This document shows positions 18,729 through 28,533 of a stretch of DNA of 58,746 nt, piece by piece (within the stretch, counting starts at the first letter, position 1; each line of letters begins with the position of its first letter). The DNA is from Pseudomonadota bacterium (GTDB lineage Bacteria > Desulfobacterota > Desulfobacteria > Desulfobacterales > RPRI01): positions 1 to 58,746 of the forward strand of contig JBDRRF010000022.1 in assembly GCA_043825875.1 (NCBI GenBank). The letters run 5' to 3'. The notes beneath the pieces are model-generated. The model saw nothing but the letters and a program-made list of their open reading frames with translations. It ran no database searches and was not told where the DNA came from. Both the position numbers and the translations under genes were made by a program.

Positions 18729-20968
18729 TATTCCGCCCCTCCAGCATCGGCAAACGCCTCAGGATCAGCCAAAAACTCCCGATACCACTCCAGGCAGGTC
18801 TTTTCATCATCCTTCGGTTGGTTGGGCCGGGGGTATAGCTCGTTCCCGTCTTCCTCACCGGTGGCAGTGATGCCCACCTTTTCGGCCTCGTACATAAAAA
18901 TGGGATAGTCGAAACGCACTTTGAGCAACTGGCGGGATTCGGCGATCTTTTTTTCGTCCATCTCTTTGAGGTAGATTTTCAACTCTTTTTGCAGCTCTTT
19001 GCGCCCTTCAGTATCCTTTTCCTCCTTGGCTTTGGCAATGGCGGTTTCCAGCCGTGTTGTTTCGGCGTCGATCTCATCGGCGTATTTGTCTTCTATTTCC
19101 TTTTTGGATTGTGCGTAGGTCTCATCGAACTTTTGTTTCTGCTCTTCTGTATATTTTTGCAGAAACAGCAGGGAACATTTCACGCTGGCCCCGGAACTGA
19201 CAAAGGTTTCCTGGGGCAGGCTGACCACTGCTTTTAAAAAAGCCCGGTCTTCCGTGAATTCACGCACATGGGCCAGGGAGGGGTTATTGTATATTCCTTC
19301 CGGCAATACGATCCCCATGCGGCCGCCGGGTTTAAGCAGATCCAGACACCGTTCAATGAAGAGGATTTCGGTTTTGATCTTTCCATAGACTATTTCCCCC
19401 TTCTTGCGCGTGTGTTTCGGCAGGGTAAAGAGGGAGGCGATGGATTTATTCATGGCAGCCTTTACCCTTGCCTGGGCCTCTTCGTATAAATCCCCGTACT
19501 CGTCCTTATATCGCTTAGCGGCTGCCGGTGTTACGGCAATCTCGCTCTCGGCAATCTTGTCACTGGGCTCAACATTGGCCCCGAATGGCGGATTGGTGAG
19601 AATAATATCGAAACGCCCCTCAAAAATTCCGTTTACATTCAGAAAGCCGTCATGGTGATGCACACCGCCGTGGCCGTCTCCATGCATGATCATGTTCATC
19701 TTGCTGGTGCGGGCCATGCGGTCATTGGCGTCGGTACCATAGATACAGCGGTTGGAAAGTTTCCACATGCGCGACCCTTCGTTGCGCTGGTCGATGGTTT
19801 TTTGGATCTCATCAAACTTTTTGCGTAATTGAAGAGCTTTCTCCTCTTCGCTCAGCGTTTTGTCTTGGGTGAGTTTTTCCTTGAACGCGTTATACTGCCT
19901 GTCTGCATCGGCCAGAATCTGTTCCCGAACCATTTCAAAGACACGAATCAGAAAGCCGCCGGAGCCGCTGGCCGGGTCGCAGACAATCTCCCCCTCTTTG
20001 GGGTCGACCATGTGAACCATGAATTCGACGATCGAGCGCGGCGTGAAAAATTGCCCGATCTCACCCCGGAAGGTCCGGCCGAGAAACCGTTCAAATGCGA
20101 CACCTTTGATATCTTCACTGGTGTCAGAGAGATTGTATTTTTCCAGTTGGCGGACAATTTCCGTTCCGGTGGCCGGTTTTAGGTTGATGCGCTCATCATC
20201 CTCAAAAATCTTGTCCGTGGAATAGGCCTGTTTGGTCTGTTGAAACAACCAGTCCAGCGGATTGTCACCCAACTGCTCTTCGAGATAATCAACACTGAAA
20301 AGGTTCTTGCGTTTGCGTTTTTTGTTCAGTTCCCGTTCCACCCAGACCTTTACAAACAGGATCTTGGCGATTTCATCAAAGGCGGCTGCCGGATCTTTCT
20401 TTTCCCGGTTACGGATCACGTTATGGCACTGGTGCAGAAGGTCGGCAAATTCCTTCTCTTTAAATACACGGAGTTTGGATAACAATTCCTTGATCTCTTT
20501 ATCCGACGCATCGGCATGGGGAATGTTTTCGATCTCCTCTATATAGCCGGGCATTTTGTCTTTTTTGACACGCCAGAACTTGGTTTCCCGCGAGTTATGC
20601 GTCACAAAAAAAGGCGCATCAGCGATGCGGGCATAGTTTTCACCCTGGGCATAGTCCGCCGCTTTGATCGTCACATTATCGGCCTTGCATTCAATGATAA
20701 TAAACGGCGCTTTCTGATCGGCCTTGTCTTTGGCGGTTCGCCAGATAATGAAGTCTGCCCGTGCCTGGGCGCTGCCCCGGCCTGTGACATTGACTTCCTC
20801 ATCAATCTGATCCAAAGAATAGCCGTATTCGTCAATCAGGACGGTCAGGTATTGCTGCCTTACCTCTTCCTCCGGCGTCAACGTCAACCATTTCTGACGT
20901 ACCGGACTGAAAATTTTATTGCCCTCAATCCGAACCTCGTCCGCCTTTTTAAATTTTTTTCCTGCCAT
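18728..20968 (-). CDS. Fused restriction endonuclease-N6-adenine methyltransferase (HsdR_N-like + HsdM; Type IIB/IIG-like)
   Basis: N-terminal 'PEE.VRQ...RADF.I...IIECK' nuclease motif; GQFFTPR, DPASGSGGF, TNPPF. Confidence 0.88.
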   Translation of the reverse strand: MAGKKFKKADEVRIEGNKIFSPVRQKWLTLTPEEEVRQQYLTVLIDEYGYSLDQIDEEVNVTGRGSAQARADFIIWRTAKDKADQKAPFIIIECKADNVTIKAADYAQGENYARIADAPFFVTHNSRETKFWRVKKDKMPGYIEEIENIPHADASDKEIKELLSKLRVFKEKEFADLLHQCHNVIRNREKKDPAAAFDEIAKILFVKVWVERELNKKRKRKNLFSVDYLEEQLGDNPLDWLFQQTKQAYSTDKIFEDDERINLKPATGTEIVRQLEKYNLSDTSEDIKGVAFERFLGRTFRGEIGQFFTPRSIVEFMVHMVDPKEGEIVCDPASGSGGFLIRVFEMVREQILADADRQYNAFKEKLTQDKTLSEEEKALQLRKKFDEIQKTIDQRNEGSRMWKLSNRCIYGTDANDRMARTSKMNMIMHGDGHGGVHHHDGFLNVNGIFEGRFDIILTNPPFGANVEPSDKIAESEIAVTPAAAKRYKDEYGDLYEEAQARVKAAMNKSIASLFTLPKHTRKKGEIVYGKIKTEILFIERCLDLLKPGGRMGIVLPEGIYNNPSLAHVREFTEDRAFLKAVVSLPQETFVSSGASVKCSLLFLQKYTEEQKQKFDETYAQSKKEIEDKYADEIDAETTRLETAIAKAKEEKDTEGRKELQKELKIYLKEMDEKKIAESRQLLKVRFDYPIFMYEAEKVGITATGEEDGNELYPRPNQPKDDEKTCLEWYREFLADPEAFADAGGAE

Positions 20969-20981
20969 AACCTTGCGTTCC

Positions 20982-21680
20982 TTAATTTAAAATCTTTCCG
21001 TGTTCCATAAAACTGTAATAGCATTCCCGCCCGATAATAATGTGGTCCTGAAGAATGATTTCCAAAACCTCAGCCGCCTGCTTCATTTTTTGAGTTGTCT
21101 CGATATCCTGTGGCGATGGGGTTACTTCACCAGAAGGGTGATTATGAACCACAACAACAGCACTGGCCGATAGTCTCAGGGCCTCTTCCATGACTTTCCT
21201 TGTATAGACAACGGATTGCGTCGGGATACCCTCCGAAATAATCCGTTCTGCTAAAAGATTGTTCTGCCCGTCAAGCAGAAAAGCCAAAAATTGTTCGTAA
21301 CGTTTACTTTCAAACTTCGGATAGCAATACCGGGCAATAGCTCCGGCCGAATCAAATGAAACCGGTTTCACATCCAGCCTTCGTACACGTTTACCTATCT
21401 CGATAGCCGCCTTTAGCTGCGCTGTTTTTGCCAAACCCAGCCCTTTGATCTGCATGATATCTTCAGCGTGTGCCCGGTCAATTCCCTGAAGTCCTCCCAG
21501 TCTGGCTACAAGATCTCTTCCCATATCAATAGCAGAAGCCCCCTCATTGCCGATACGTAGCAGAATAGCCAATAACTCTGCGTCGGTCAGCAATTCTGCT
21601 CCAAACTGAATCAGCTTCTCTCTGGGACGCTCACCCTCAGGCCATTGTTTTATTGAAAGATTATGGGGTTTCTTAGTCAT
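20982..21680 (-). CDS. radC: RadC / JAB-domain protein
   Basis: 'ERPREKL...G...L.DAELLA', HhH, HNHPSG...PS..D, 'DHIIIG'. Confidence 0.92.
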   Translation of the reverse strand: MTKKPHNLSIKQWPEGERPREKLIQFGAELLTDAELLAILLRIGNEGASAIDMGRDLVARLGGLQGIDRAHAEDIMQIKGLGLAKTAQLKAAIEIGKRVRRLDVKPVSFDSAGAIARYCYPKFESKRYEQFLAFLLDGQNNLLAERIISEGIPTQSVVYTRKVMEEALRLSASAVVVVHNHPSGEVTPSPQDIETTQKMKQAAEVLEIILQDHIIIGRECYYSFMEHGKILN

Positions 21681-21885
21681 TCAGATTCCCCAGTTCTTTT
21701 TGTGTTGCGCAAAAGGAATTGAACTGCTTAAGTGCTAGTTTGGATGGTAATGTTTTTCCATTTTCCCACCGGTTGACAGTGGCAAAGCTGACACCAATCG
21801 CATGGGCAAGGTCCTCCTGACTTAGGTTTAGCTGAATGCGTACCTTTTTTACACGTTCAGAAAATGGTTCTGATTCTATTGTCAT
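21673..21885 (-). CDS. XRE-family HTH regulator (controller-like), 70 aa
   Basis: 'R....LSQEDLA..IGVSFATVNRWENG...PS'; start moved to ATG 21885 after AAGGTG. Confidence 0.85.
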   Translation of the reverse strand: MTIESEPFSERVKKVRIQLNLSQEDLAHAIGVSFATVNRWENGKTLPSKLALKQFNSFCATQKELGNLND

Positions 21886-21945
21886 TGTGCCACCTTGATT
21901 CTTTTTGATGCATAATTTACCTCGATCTTCAACCCTATTGACGAC

Positions 21946-21973
21946 GTTATAACATTTGCTATTGCACGTGCAA
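21946..21973 (-). promoter_or_regulatory. Candidate sigma-70 promoter of the island operon with overlapping palindrome
   Basis: Minus strand TTGCAC-N16-TATAAC with TGn extension; perfect palindrome TTGCACGTGCAA at 21962-21973. Confidence 0.5.
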
Positions 21974-22094
21974 GTATTTTGTGCAACAGGCACCCTCGAT
22001 TGTCTTACTCAATCAAAAAAAGATTAGAAAGTTACCGACACGTTCTCCGTCTCTCCGGTAAGTAAGGCTCAGACAAACTAAACACAGGAGAAAC

Positions 22095-22286
22095 ATGGAT
22101 ATTAATGAATTGTTTGACGGCATTGCCGAGGCGTTTCGGCAGTATCAGGCGAAAATGGCCGAGCAGGGGAAGGCTTCAGTCAACCCGGTTCCCACTGGAC
22201 TTGGGGCGGAAGCAGAAGCTGAGAAAACGGAGAAGAAAGTGCCAACAGAGAAGGGAATTGAACAAGATTTCCCGAAACGGGAGTGA
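22095..22286 (+). CDS. Small hypothetical protein (63 aa)
   Basis: AGGAG RBS before ATG; divergent from the XRE gene; no recognisable motif. Confidence 0.4.
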   Translation: MDINELFDGIAEAFRQYQAKMAEQGKASVNPVPTGLGAEAEAEKTEKKVPTEKGIEQDFPKRE

Positions 22287-22342
22287 TTGCAGGACACTTA
22301 GCAGGATGGACAAAACGACGTAATCTACTAATTTGTCAAAAC

Positions 22343-22387
22343 AAAAAAACCGATTCTGTTTGCTGGACTCGGCAACAGGATCGGTTT
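22343..22387 (-). terminator. Terminator downstream of tmRNA
   Basis: AAACCGATTCTGTTTGC...GCAACAGGATCGGTTT stem with A7 (U tract on minus strand). Confidence 0.6.
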
Positions 22388-22400
22388 GCTTAAAATTGGG

Positions 22401-22753
22401 TGGTGGAGGCGGCGGGAGTTGAACCCGCGTCCGAAAATCTTCCGCACAGGCGTCTACATACTTTTCCTGAAATTTATATATCGCTGAATTATGCCTCCTT
22501 CAGGCAAGATGCATAAGCCGGCTACCCTGTTATTGTTTCGATGGTCTGCAACAGGTGGTACAAATCATCTATCCTACTAGTCGACGTCCTTATCTTATCC
22601 GCAGGAAAAACAGGACAGGACGTTGGCCCTAAGCGGCCAATGCGTAATTATAATCGTCTGCGATTATGTTTATTTCCCGTCTCTTTAACGAGCTGACAGG
22701 CGCTCGGTATGCAACCTGGACTTCTTTATCCCCGTCGAAGCCGTTTCGCCCCC
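22401..22753 (-). ncRNA. ssrA: tmRNA, tag peptide (A)DDYNYALAA
   Basis: 5' GGGGGCGAAACGGCTTCGAC; 3' GGACGCGGGTTCAACTCCCGCCGCCTCCACCA; tag ORF at 22661-22629; 353 nt. Confidence 0.97.
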
Positions 22754-23140
22754 AAATGAGCAGACTTTATAATAAAGATCATTTATGTTTATATAATAAG
22801 CGTAGAATGGGTATTTGTCAATAAACTTGAAAGTAATGTTCTTTATATATCAGCAATTCTCGATGAATGTTATTTATTTAAAAGAGCAAGACCACAGCAA
22901 TAGCAGAACTATTCGATCTTTTTATGTAAAGACCGGTCTTGCTTTGGTAAAACCGACTGATCTGTATGTACTAACCCATGCTTTTGATATGGAGCTGTTA
23001 TTTGTATGTGGAGTTGCCTTGCTGGCAGCAATTATCACCTTTATGCGAGGCAATGATCGCCCAAAAATAAAGCACAAATAACAATAGTACCTTTGACAAT
23101 CAATCCGATAATATATCCTGTGAAAATATTGAGAATATTC

Positions 23141-23154
23141 TTGACTTAAGTCAA
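23141..23154. promoter_or_regulatory. Crp/Fnr-family-like operator upstream of asrA
   Basis: Perfect palindrome TTGAC-TTAA-GTCAA about 60 bp before the start codon. Confidence 0.55.
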
Positions 23155-23212
23155 AGCCTTTTTCAGCATTAAATGTTTGAGTATAAATTAATTTAAAGAA
23201 AGGAATATAAAA

Positions 23213-24232
23213 ATGGGATGGAAATTCACAAAGGCCGCCTTCAATAATCTGTTCGTCAGACTGAATACAGCAGGTTACACAATACTTGCTCCGAAACGCT
23301 TTGTTAAGCGCGGTAGGTTCTCTGATACAGACCTTATTAGATATGACGAAGTAAGCAAACCTGAAGAAATTGTCTGGAGTGAGAAATCAACTTTTTCCCC
23401 AAAGGAAGCGGTAATTCCGATCACACAGACACTTTTTTATTTTACAGAAAATGAGTTTCAGGAGCCAAGGCCTGAAAAAAAGCAGTTTCTGGTTTTTCTT
23501 CGCCCCTGTGATATCAATGGCATCCGTCGTCTGGATACAATTTATCTGAAAAACGGCCCCGAGCCTGATTCTTATTATGCTAATCTGCGAAAGCGTGTCA
23601 AATTTGCTATGATTGAATGTACGGAAAGCTTTGATACTTGTTTCTGCGTATCCATGAAATCTAATATCACTTCAGACTACGATATGGCTGTGCGTTTTGG
23701 TGATGATGAGTTTTTAATTGAAGTAAAAAATGATCTCCTCCTTAGATATATCAATCCTGATATACCCAAAATCGAATTCAGTCCCGAGTTTGCATTGGAA
23801 AACAAAATCAAAGTAAATGTTCCTGATGTAAATGAAATTTCTCCTGATATTTATAACCACGATATGTGGAATGAATATAAAAGTCGCTGCATTGCCTGCG
23901 GACGCTGTAACACAACCTGCATAACATGCAGCTGCCACATAACAAATGACATCTTCTATGATGATAATACCAATGTCGGGGAGAGAAGAAGGACATGGGC
24001 AGCATGTCATATAGACGGCTTTACAGATATGGCGGGAGGCATATCTTTCAGGAAAGATAACGGGTCCCGTATGCGGTTCAAGGTTTTACATAAAATTTAT
24101 GACTACAAGAAACACTTCGGAGAGCATATGTGTGTTGGATGCGGCCGGTGTGATGACAATTGCCCGGAATATATTTCTTATTCAAACTGTATAAACAAAC
24201 TCAACAAAGTAATTCAGGAGGAAAACCTATGA
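23213..24232 (+). CDS. asrA: Anaerobic sulfite reductase subunit A
   Basis: 'GRFSDTD..RY', CIACGRCN..C.TC.C, CVGCGRCDDNCP; operon order. Confidence 0.9.
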   Translation: MGWKFTKAAFNNLFVRLNTAGYTILAPKRFVKRGRFSDTDLIRYDEVSKPEEIVWSEKSTFSPKEAVIPITQTLFYFTENEFQEPRPEKKQFLVFLRPCDINGIRRLDTIYLKNGPEPDSYYANLRKRVKFAMIECTESFDTCFCVSMKSNITSDYDMAVRFGDDEFLIEVKNDLLLRYINPDIPKIEFSPEFALENKIKVNVPDVNEISPDIYNHDMWNEYKSRCIACGRCNTTCITCSCHITNDIFYDDNTNVGERRRTWAACHIDGFTDMAGGISFRKDNGSRMRFKVLHKIYDYKKHFGEHMCVGCGRCDDNCPEYISYSNCINKLNKVIQEENL

Positions 24233-25026
24233 CTAAAAATCCTCTGACGCCCAAACCGCACAGAATACTTGAAATAAACCGGGAAACCGATCTTGAGTCG
24301 ACATTTCGGATTGAAATGGATACTCCTCCCGTAATAGGGCAATTCTACATGGTATCTATTCCAAGAATCGGAGAAATGCCTATATCCATCAGCGGAATCG
24401 GAGATGGCTGGATCGATATGACGATCCGCAATGTGGGCAAGGTAAGCCAGGCCGTACATTCTATGAATAATGAATCGATATTGTTTTTACGTGGTCCCTA
24501 TGGAAACGGTTTTTCTCTTGACGAGTTGAAAGGACAACATCTTGTTATTGCTGCAGGTGGATCAGGCATAGCGCCTGTCCGTCCTATAGTAGAATATTAC
24601 TATCACAATGCGCACGAAATTGATAAACTTGACCTGCTATTTGGGTTCAAAACTCCTGATACCATAATGTTTAAAAAAGATATCGAACGCTGGAAGAACA
24701 AATTTGAAACAATTCTTACCGTTGATGATGGTTGCGGTATCTGGGAAGGCGAATGTGTGGGTCTTATCACAGGATATGTAAAAAATATAAAGCTTTCTGA
24801 ATATAACAAGATGGATATTATCATAATCGGCCCGCCTGTCATGATCAAATATACTGCCGCAGAATTCATCAAAAGAGGAGTTAACGAGGAAAGAATCATT
24901 GTATCCATGGAACGGCGAATGTCCTGCGGACTTGGCAAATGCGGCCACTGCAAGATCGGAGAATATTATATCTGCATAGATGGCCCGGTATTTCGCTATA
25001 AAGATGCTTTCAAAATGATAGATTAA
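24229..25026 (+). CDS. asrB: Anaerobic sulfite reductase subunit B
   Basis: ATGA overlap with asrA; RGPYGNGF, AGGSGIAP, GPPVM, ERRMSCGLGKCGHC...C.DGPVF. Confidence 0.9.
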   Translation: MTKNPLTPKPHRILEINRETDLESTFRIEMDTPPVIGQFYMVSIPRIGEMPISISGIGDGWIDMTIRNVGKVSQAVHSMNNESILFLRGPYGNGFSLDELKGQHLVIAAGGSGIAPVRPIVEYYYHNAHEIDKLDLLFGFKTPDTIMFKKDIERWKNKFETILTVDDGCGIWEGECVGLITGYVKNIKLSEYNKMDIIIIGPPVMIKYTAAEFIKRGVNEERIIVSMERRMSCGLGKCGHCKIGEYYICIDGPVFRYKDAFKMID

Positions 25027-25039
25027 CAGGAGAAATATT

Positions 25040-26047
25040 ATGACTCTTGATATAAACACAAAGACAGTTATAAAAAATGCTTACCGGATTACCAAGGAAA
25101 GAGGAAAAACAGCATTGCGGATTCGCGTTCCCGGAGGATATCTGAAGGCAAAGCATTTCGACCTGCTTAAAGAGATTGCCGAAGTTTATGGAGACGGAAT
25201 AGTACACCTTACTACAAGACAGGGCTTTGAGATTTCAGGTATCGATTATAACAGTATTTCTAATGTTAATAATCTGATTAAACCTTTATTACAGGATCTT
25301 GAAATTGATATAGGCGTTACAATCAAAGATGCTTCCAAAGGTTATCCGTCTGCAGGAACCCGTAATATTGCAGCATGTATAGGAAACCGTGTGTGTCCTT
25401 TTGCCAACTATAATACTACTGCTCTGGCACAAAGTATTGAAAAGGAAATCTATCCGAACGACTACCATGTAAAAGTTGCTCTCACGGGCTGCCCAAATGA
25501 CTGCATTAAATCGCGTATGAATGATTTCGGAATTGTGGGTATGGTTGAACCGCAATATGATTACCAGCGCTGCATAGGATGTGAAGCATGTGTCAAAAAC
25601 TGCAAAAGCAATGTTACAGGAGCGCTTAGCTTTCATAAAGGAAAGGTGAAACGTGATACAAGGCGTTGTATCGGCTGCGGGGAGTGTATACTCAAATGCC
25701 CAACAGCCGCCTGGACACGTAACCCTACCAAGTTTTATGATATCCTTATTATGGGCCGCACAGGAAAGAAGAACCCCCGCATTGCAGAAGAGTTTATTCA
25801 GTGGGCTGATGAAGAAGTTGTAATAAAAGTGATAAAAAACACATACAAATTTATTGATGAACACATTGACAAAACTCTTCCCAAAGAACACATCGGATAT
25901 ATTGTTGATAGAACAGGATATCAGGTTTTCCGCGACAAGGTGCTTGAAGATATCAAACTAAATCCTGAAGCACGGGTATCCGGACATATCCAATGGGGTG
26001 GCTTCAGATATAGCAGTGATGTATTTATGTCTGAAAGATTGCAGTAA
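25040..26047 (+). CDS. asrC: Anaerobic sulfite reductase subunit C (siroheme)
   Basis: TTRQG, ACIGNRVC, TGCPNDC plus two ferredoxin motifs. Confidence 0.92.
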   Translation: MTLDINTKTVIKNAYRITKERGKTALRIRVPGGYLKAKHFDLLKEIAEVYGDGIVHLTTRQGFEISGIDYNSISNVNNLIKPLLQDLEIDIGVTIKDASKGYPSAGTRNIAACIGNRVCPFANYNTTALAQSIEKEIYPNDYHVKVALTGCPNDCIKSRMNDFGIVGMVEPQYDYQRCIGCEACVKNCKSNVTGALSFHKGKVKRDTRRCIGCGECILKCPTAAWTRNPTKFYDILIMGRTGKKNPRIAEEFIQWADEEVVIKVIKNTYKFIDEHIDKTLPKEHIGYIVDRTGYQVFRDKVLEDIKLNPEARVSGHIQWGGFRYSSDVFMSERLQ

Positions 26048-26063
26048 TATTTCTAAAGTTATC

Positions 26064-26205
26064 GAGCCACTTTCAAAACGTTTCAGTTTGGTCAAGCTCA
26101 AGGCGGGCGAAAATTTCAACCACATTAATACATTGAGTATTTCGAGGATTGAAATTTGAGCCCAACGCAGAGATCGGCCAAAATGGGGCGTTTTGAAACT
26201 GGCTC
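26064..26205. mobile_element. 142-bp MITE-like element, copy 2
   Basis: 17-bp TIR (16/17 match); flanked by TTATC direct repeat (26059-63 / 26206-10). Confidence 0.9.
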
Positions 26206-26245
26206 TTATCAATTGCATTAAAACTCAAAAAGAAAGGGTTCGGAA

Positions 26246-26551
26246 ATGAAATCAAAAATTAATGAAATGATAGATTATCAGGCAAATGCTGTAGTAAGCA
26301 AAACAATAATAGATAAAAAAGCCGGGACAGTTACGATTTTCGCCTTTGACGAAGATCAGGGCTTAAGTGAGCACAGCGCTCCCTTTGATGCCATGGTTCA
26401 GGTAGTTGAGGGAGAAGTCGAAATTAAGATTTCAGGAAAACCCCATCAATTGTCTGAAGGTGAAATGATTATTATGCCTGGAAATAAACCCCATGCATTA
26501 AAGGCAATAAGCAAATTTAAAATGATTCTGACCATGATCAAGTCTCAATAA
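26246..26551 (+). CDS. Cupin domain protein
   Basis: 'FAFD..QGLSEH.APFDA.V.V.EG', 'MP...PHAL.A'. Confidence 0.9.
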   Translation: MKSKINEMIDYQANAVVSKTIIDKKAGTVTIFAFDEDQGLSEHSAPFDAMVQVVEGEVEIKISGKPHQLSEGEMIIMPGNKPHALKAISKFKMILTMIKSQ

Positions 26552-27028
26552 TTTTATGATATAAGAGGTAAGTGCAACACGTTTGGCCATGCCCGAATGC
26601 TCTTATCGGGCATTCATAATTTGAAGCATTTGCAAAATGGATTCCCGATCAACGATTAAAAGAACTATATCCCGACATTTCTCTTTCCGAATAACTTTCG
26701 GCAGGCCAACGTATACTATTTAGCTCTCGGGTCGCCACAGTCGGCAATTCTCTATTTTAGCCCTCTTCTCCGGGTTCTCACCTGACACTTACTTATCAGT
26801 ATAGTTTGTTATTATGAAGCGAAATATTATTTCGTGGCAATAAGGCCTCGAATGACATAATAATTTCTTTTGCAATGAAGAGCTTTTAGTGTCAGGACAT
26901 TAGGGGCCGATAACGGATTGAATGCAATAAATCTCTTAAAATTCTCTTTTATCAAATAACCTTTACTACTTTGGAAGTAATATTTTCCTGTTACAAATAG
27001 CTAAAAATCCAAAAAGGGGGTAATAAAA

Positions 27029-28441
27029 ATGTCGGAAAAATTTGATTGTATCATAGTGGGTGCCGGTATATCGGGAATTACATGTGCGGGATATCTGACC
27101 AAGGCCGGCAAGAAGACGCTGGTGGTGGAAAAACTTTCCGAAGTGGGAGGCGTCACCGCTGCCAGAGAAGTGATGGGATGCAAGGTCTCAATGAATATTC
27201 CCCTGGTTTCAAAAGACAGGTACGGCGATGCAAATGGATGGGCTAAGGCAGCGCAGGACTTTGGAGCAGACGTGCGTATCGTGAACTGTTCCGTGCCGCG
27301 CATTTATTTGGCGGGGTCCGGAAAGCCGCCTATGCCGCTTCCAATATGCCTTTCTCCGGAGGGGGCAGCAAAATGGATGACAGAAATACTGGCTGCTTCG
27401 CGGCCCGATCTGATGGAAAATAATATTGAACAGGAATTAGTTCCCATCATGAAAGAAATTTACGAAACCCCGGTCGAAAAAATGACTGTGGATTGGGACG
27501 AAATGCCGGTAAAGGACTGGATCACCCGTCGCACGGATATTAAAGGCATCCATTTTGTATTCAACATGATGATGAGTGTCTCTATATACACATCGGATGC
27601 CGATTATACATGGAACTATGGAAACGTCGGTAAGGCCCTTGAGCAGTTTCGCATCTGGATTTCAGGCGACGGAAAGATGGCGGTTCCATTGCCAAATACA
27701 CAATATGGGATTTGCGTACCTCTTGCTGAAGCCATCCAGAAATATATTAACTGTGAGATACGCTTGAATCAGGAAGTGAAGAAGGTCATCATCGAGGATG
27801 GCAAGGCCAAGGGAATCGAGATATTAGGCAAAAACGGAGAAATTCAAAAGATATTTGCAGACGATGTAGTGGTTACTACCAGGTGGGTCAGCTATAGCAG
27901 CATTTTCGATCCAATGCCGGCATTTCTGGAAGAAATCGTTAGGCAAGCGTCTTTGCCAGAACATTACATGGGAGGCGCCTTTATTACCTTTATCATGAAC
28001 GATTCCATCAAGCTTGATGGGGCATATTTCATAATATTCGATGCCAAGACCGGAACAAATATCCTTGGTGGATGCGCCCAAAGCACGGAGCAACCCTGGA
28101 GCGCTCCCGAAGGAAAACAATTCATATGGATTTTCAAAATTCTTACGGGCAAAGAGTACGAGAAATTGGGGTTAGAAAGCATAGGCGTGGAAATGAAAAC
28201 ACATATGGAAACAATGTTTCCAGGGTTCTCGGACGCTCTCGTCTGGGAAAGCCCGGCGCAAGGACGACATGCTCCAACCCATTTCTATTACAACTCGCAG
28301 CCCAAGGTAAGACATAGTTACCCCGCAATAAAGCACCTTTATTTCGCCGGTGATTGTACTTACCCAATGTACGGTTTGCTTACAGACGGAGCATCCAGCA
28401 CCGGATTCATTACTGCAATGGAGATTTTGGGAGTAGAATAA
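27029..28441 (+). CDS. FAD-dependent oxidoreductase (phytoene desaturase/amine oxidase superfamily)
   Basis: VGAGISG..A..L...G...VVEK...GG; 'APEGKQ'; C-terminal LYFAGD. Confidence 0.75.
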   Translation: MSEKFDCIIVGAGISGITCAGYLTKAGKKTLVVEKLSEVGGVTAAREVMGCKVSMNIPLVSKDRYGDANGWAKAAQDFGADVRIVNCSVPRIYLAGSGKPPMPLPICLSPEGAAKWMTEILAASRPDLMENNIEQELVPIMKEIYETPVEKMTVDWDEMPVKDWITRRTDIKGIHFVFNMMMSVSIYTSDADYTWNYGNVGKALEQFRIWISGDGKMAVPLPNTQYGICVPLAEAIQKYINCEIRLNQEVKKVIIEDGKAKGIEILGKNGEIQKIFADDVVVTTRWVSYSSIFDPMPAFLEEIVRQASLPEHYMGGAFITFIMNDSIKLDGAYFIIFDAKTGTNILGGCAQSTEQPWSAPEGKQFIWIFKILTGKEYEKLGLESIGVEMKTHMETMFPGFSDALVWESPAQGRHAPTHFYYNSQPKVRHSYPAIKHLYFAGDCTYPMYGLLTDGASSTGFITAMEILGVE

Positions 28442-28502
28442 CCGGTAGGTATTTAGATAACGAAGAAAGCGGCTGCACCCTTATGAAACCAGCTCTTACC
28501 AC

Positions 28503-28533
28503 AAAGGCAGGGGTATTTGACCCTGCCTTTTTT
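28503..28533 (+). terminator. Intrinsic terminator
   Basis: AAAGGCAGGG-loop-CCCTGCCTTTTTT. Confidence 0.75.

Larger units (their letters stand above)
11488..22400 (-). mobile_element. Degenerate genomic island at the tmRNA 3' end; no integrase visible
   Basis: TGGTGGAGG at 11488-11496 repeats tmRNA 3' end 22401-22409, each followed (minus strand) by a terminator; cargo is typical of islands and visibly more GC-rich than flanks. Confidence 0.6.

Noticed and set aside
12727..21010. Long plus-strand ORFs inside the island (e.g. 13686-14438, 16690-17340)
   Set aside because: Antisense shadows of well-supported minus-strand genes
22815..23081. 88-aa ORF between ssrA and asrA
   Set aside because: TTG start, overlaps the probable ssrA promoter region, no recognisable motif
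26590..26860. REP-like fragments (ATGCCCGA...TCGGGCAT, GGATTCCCG)
   Set aside because: Single degenerate occurrence in the window; boundaries cannot be defined
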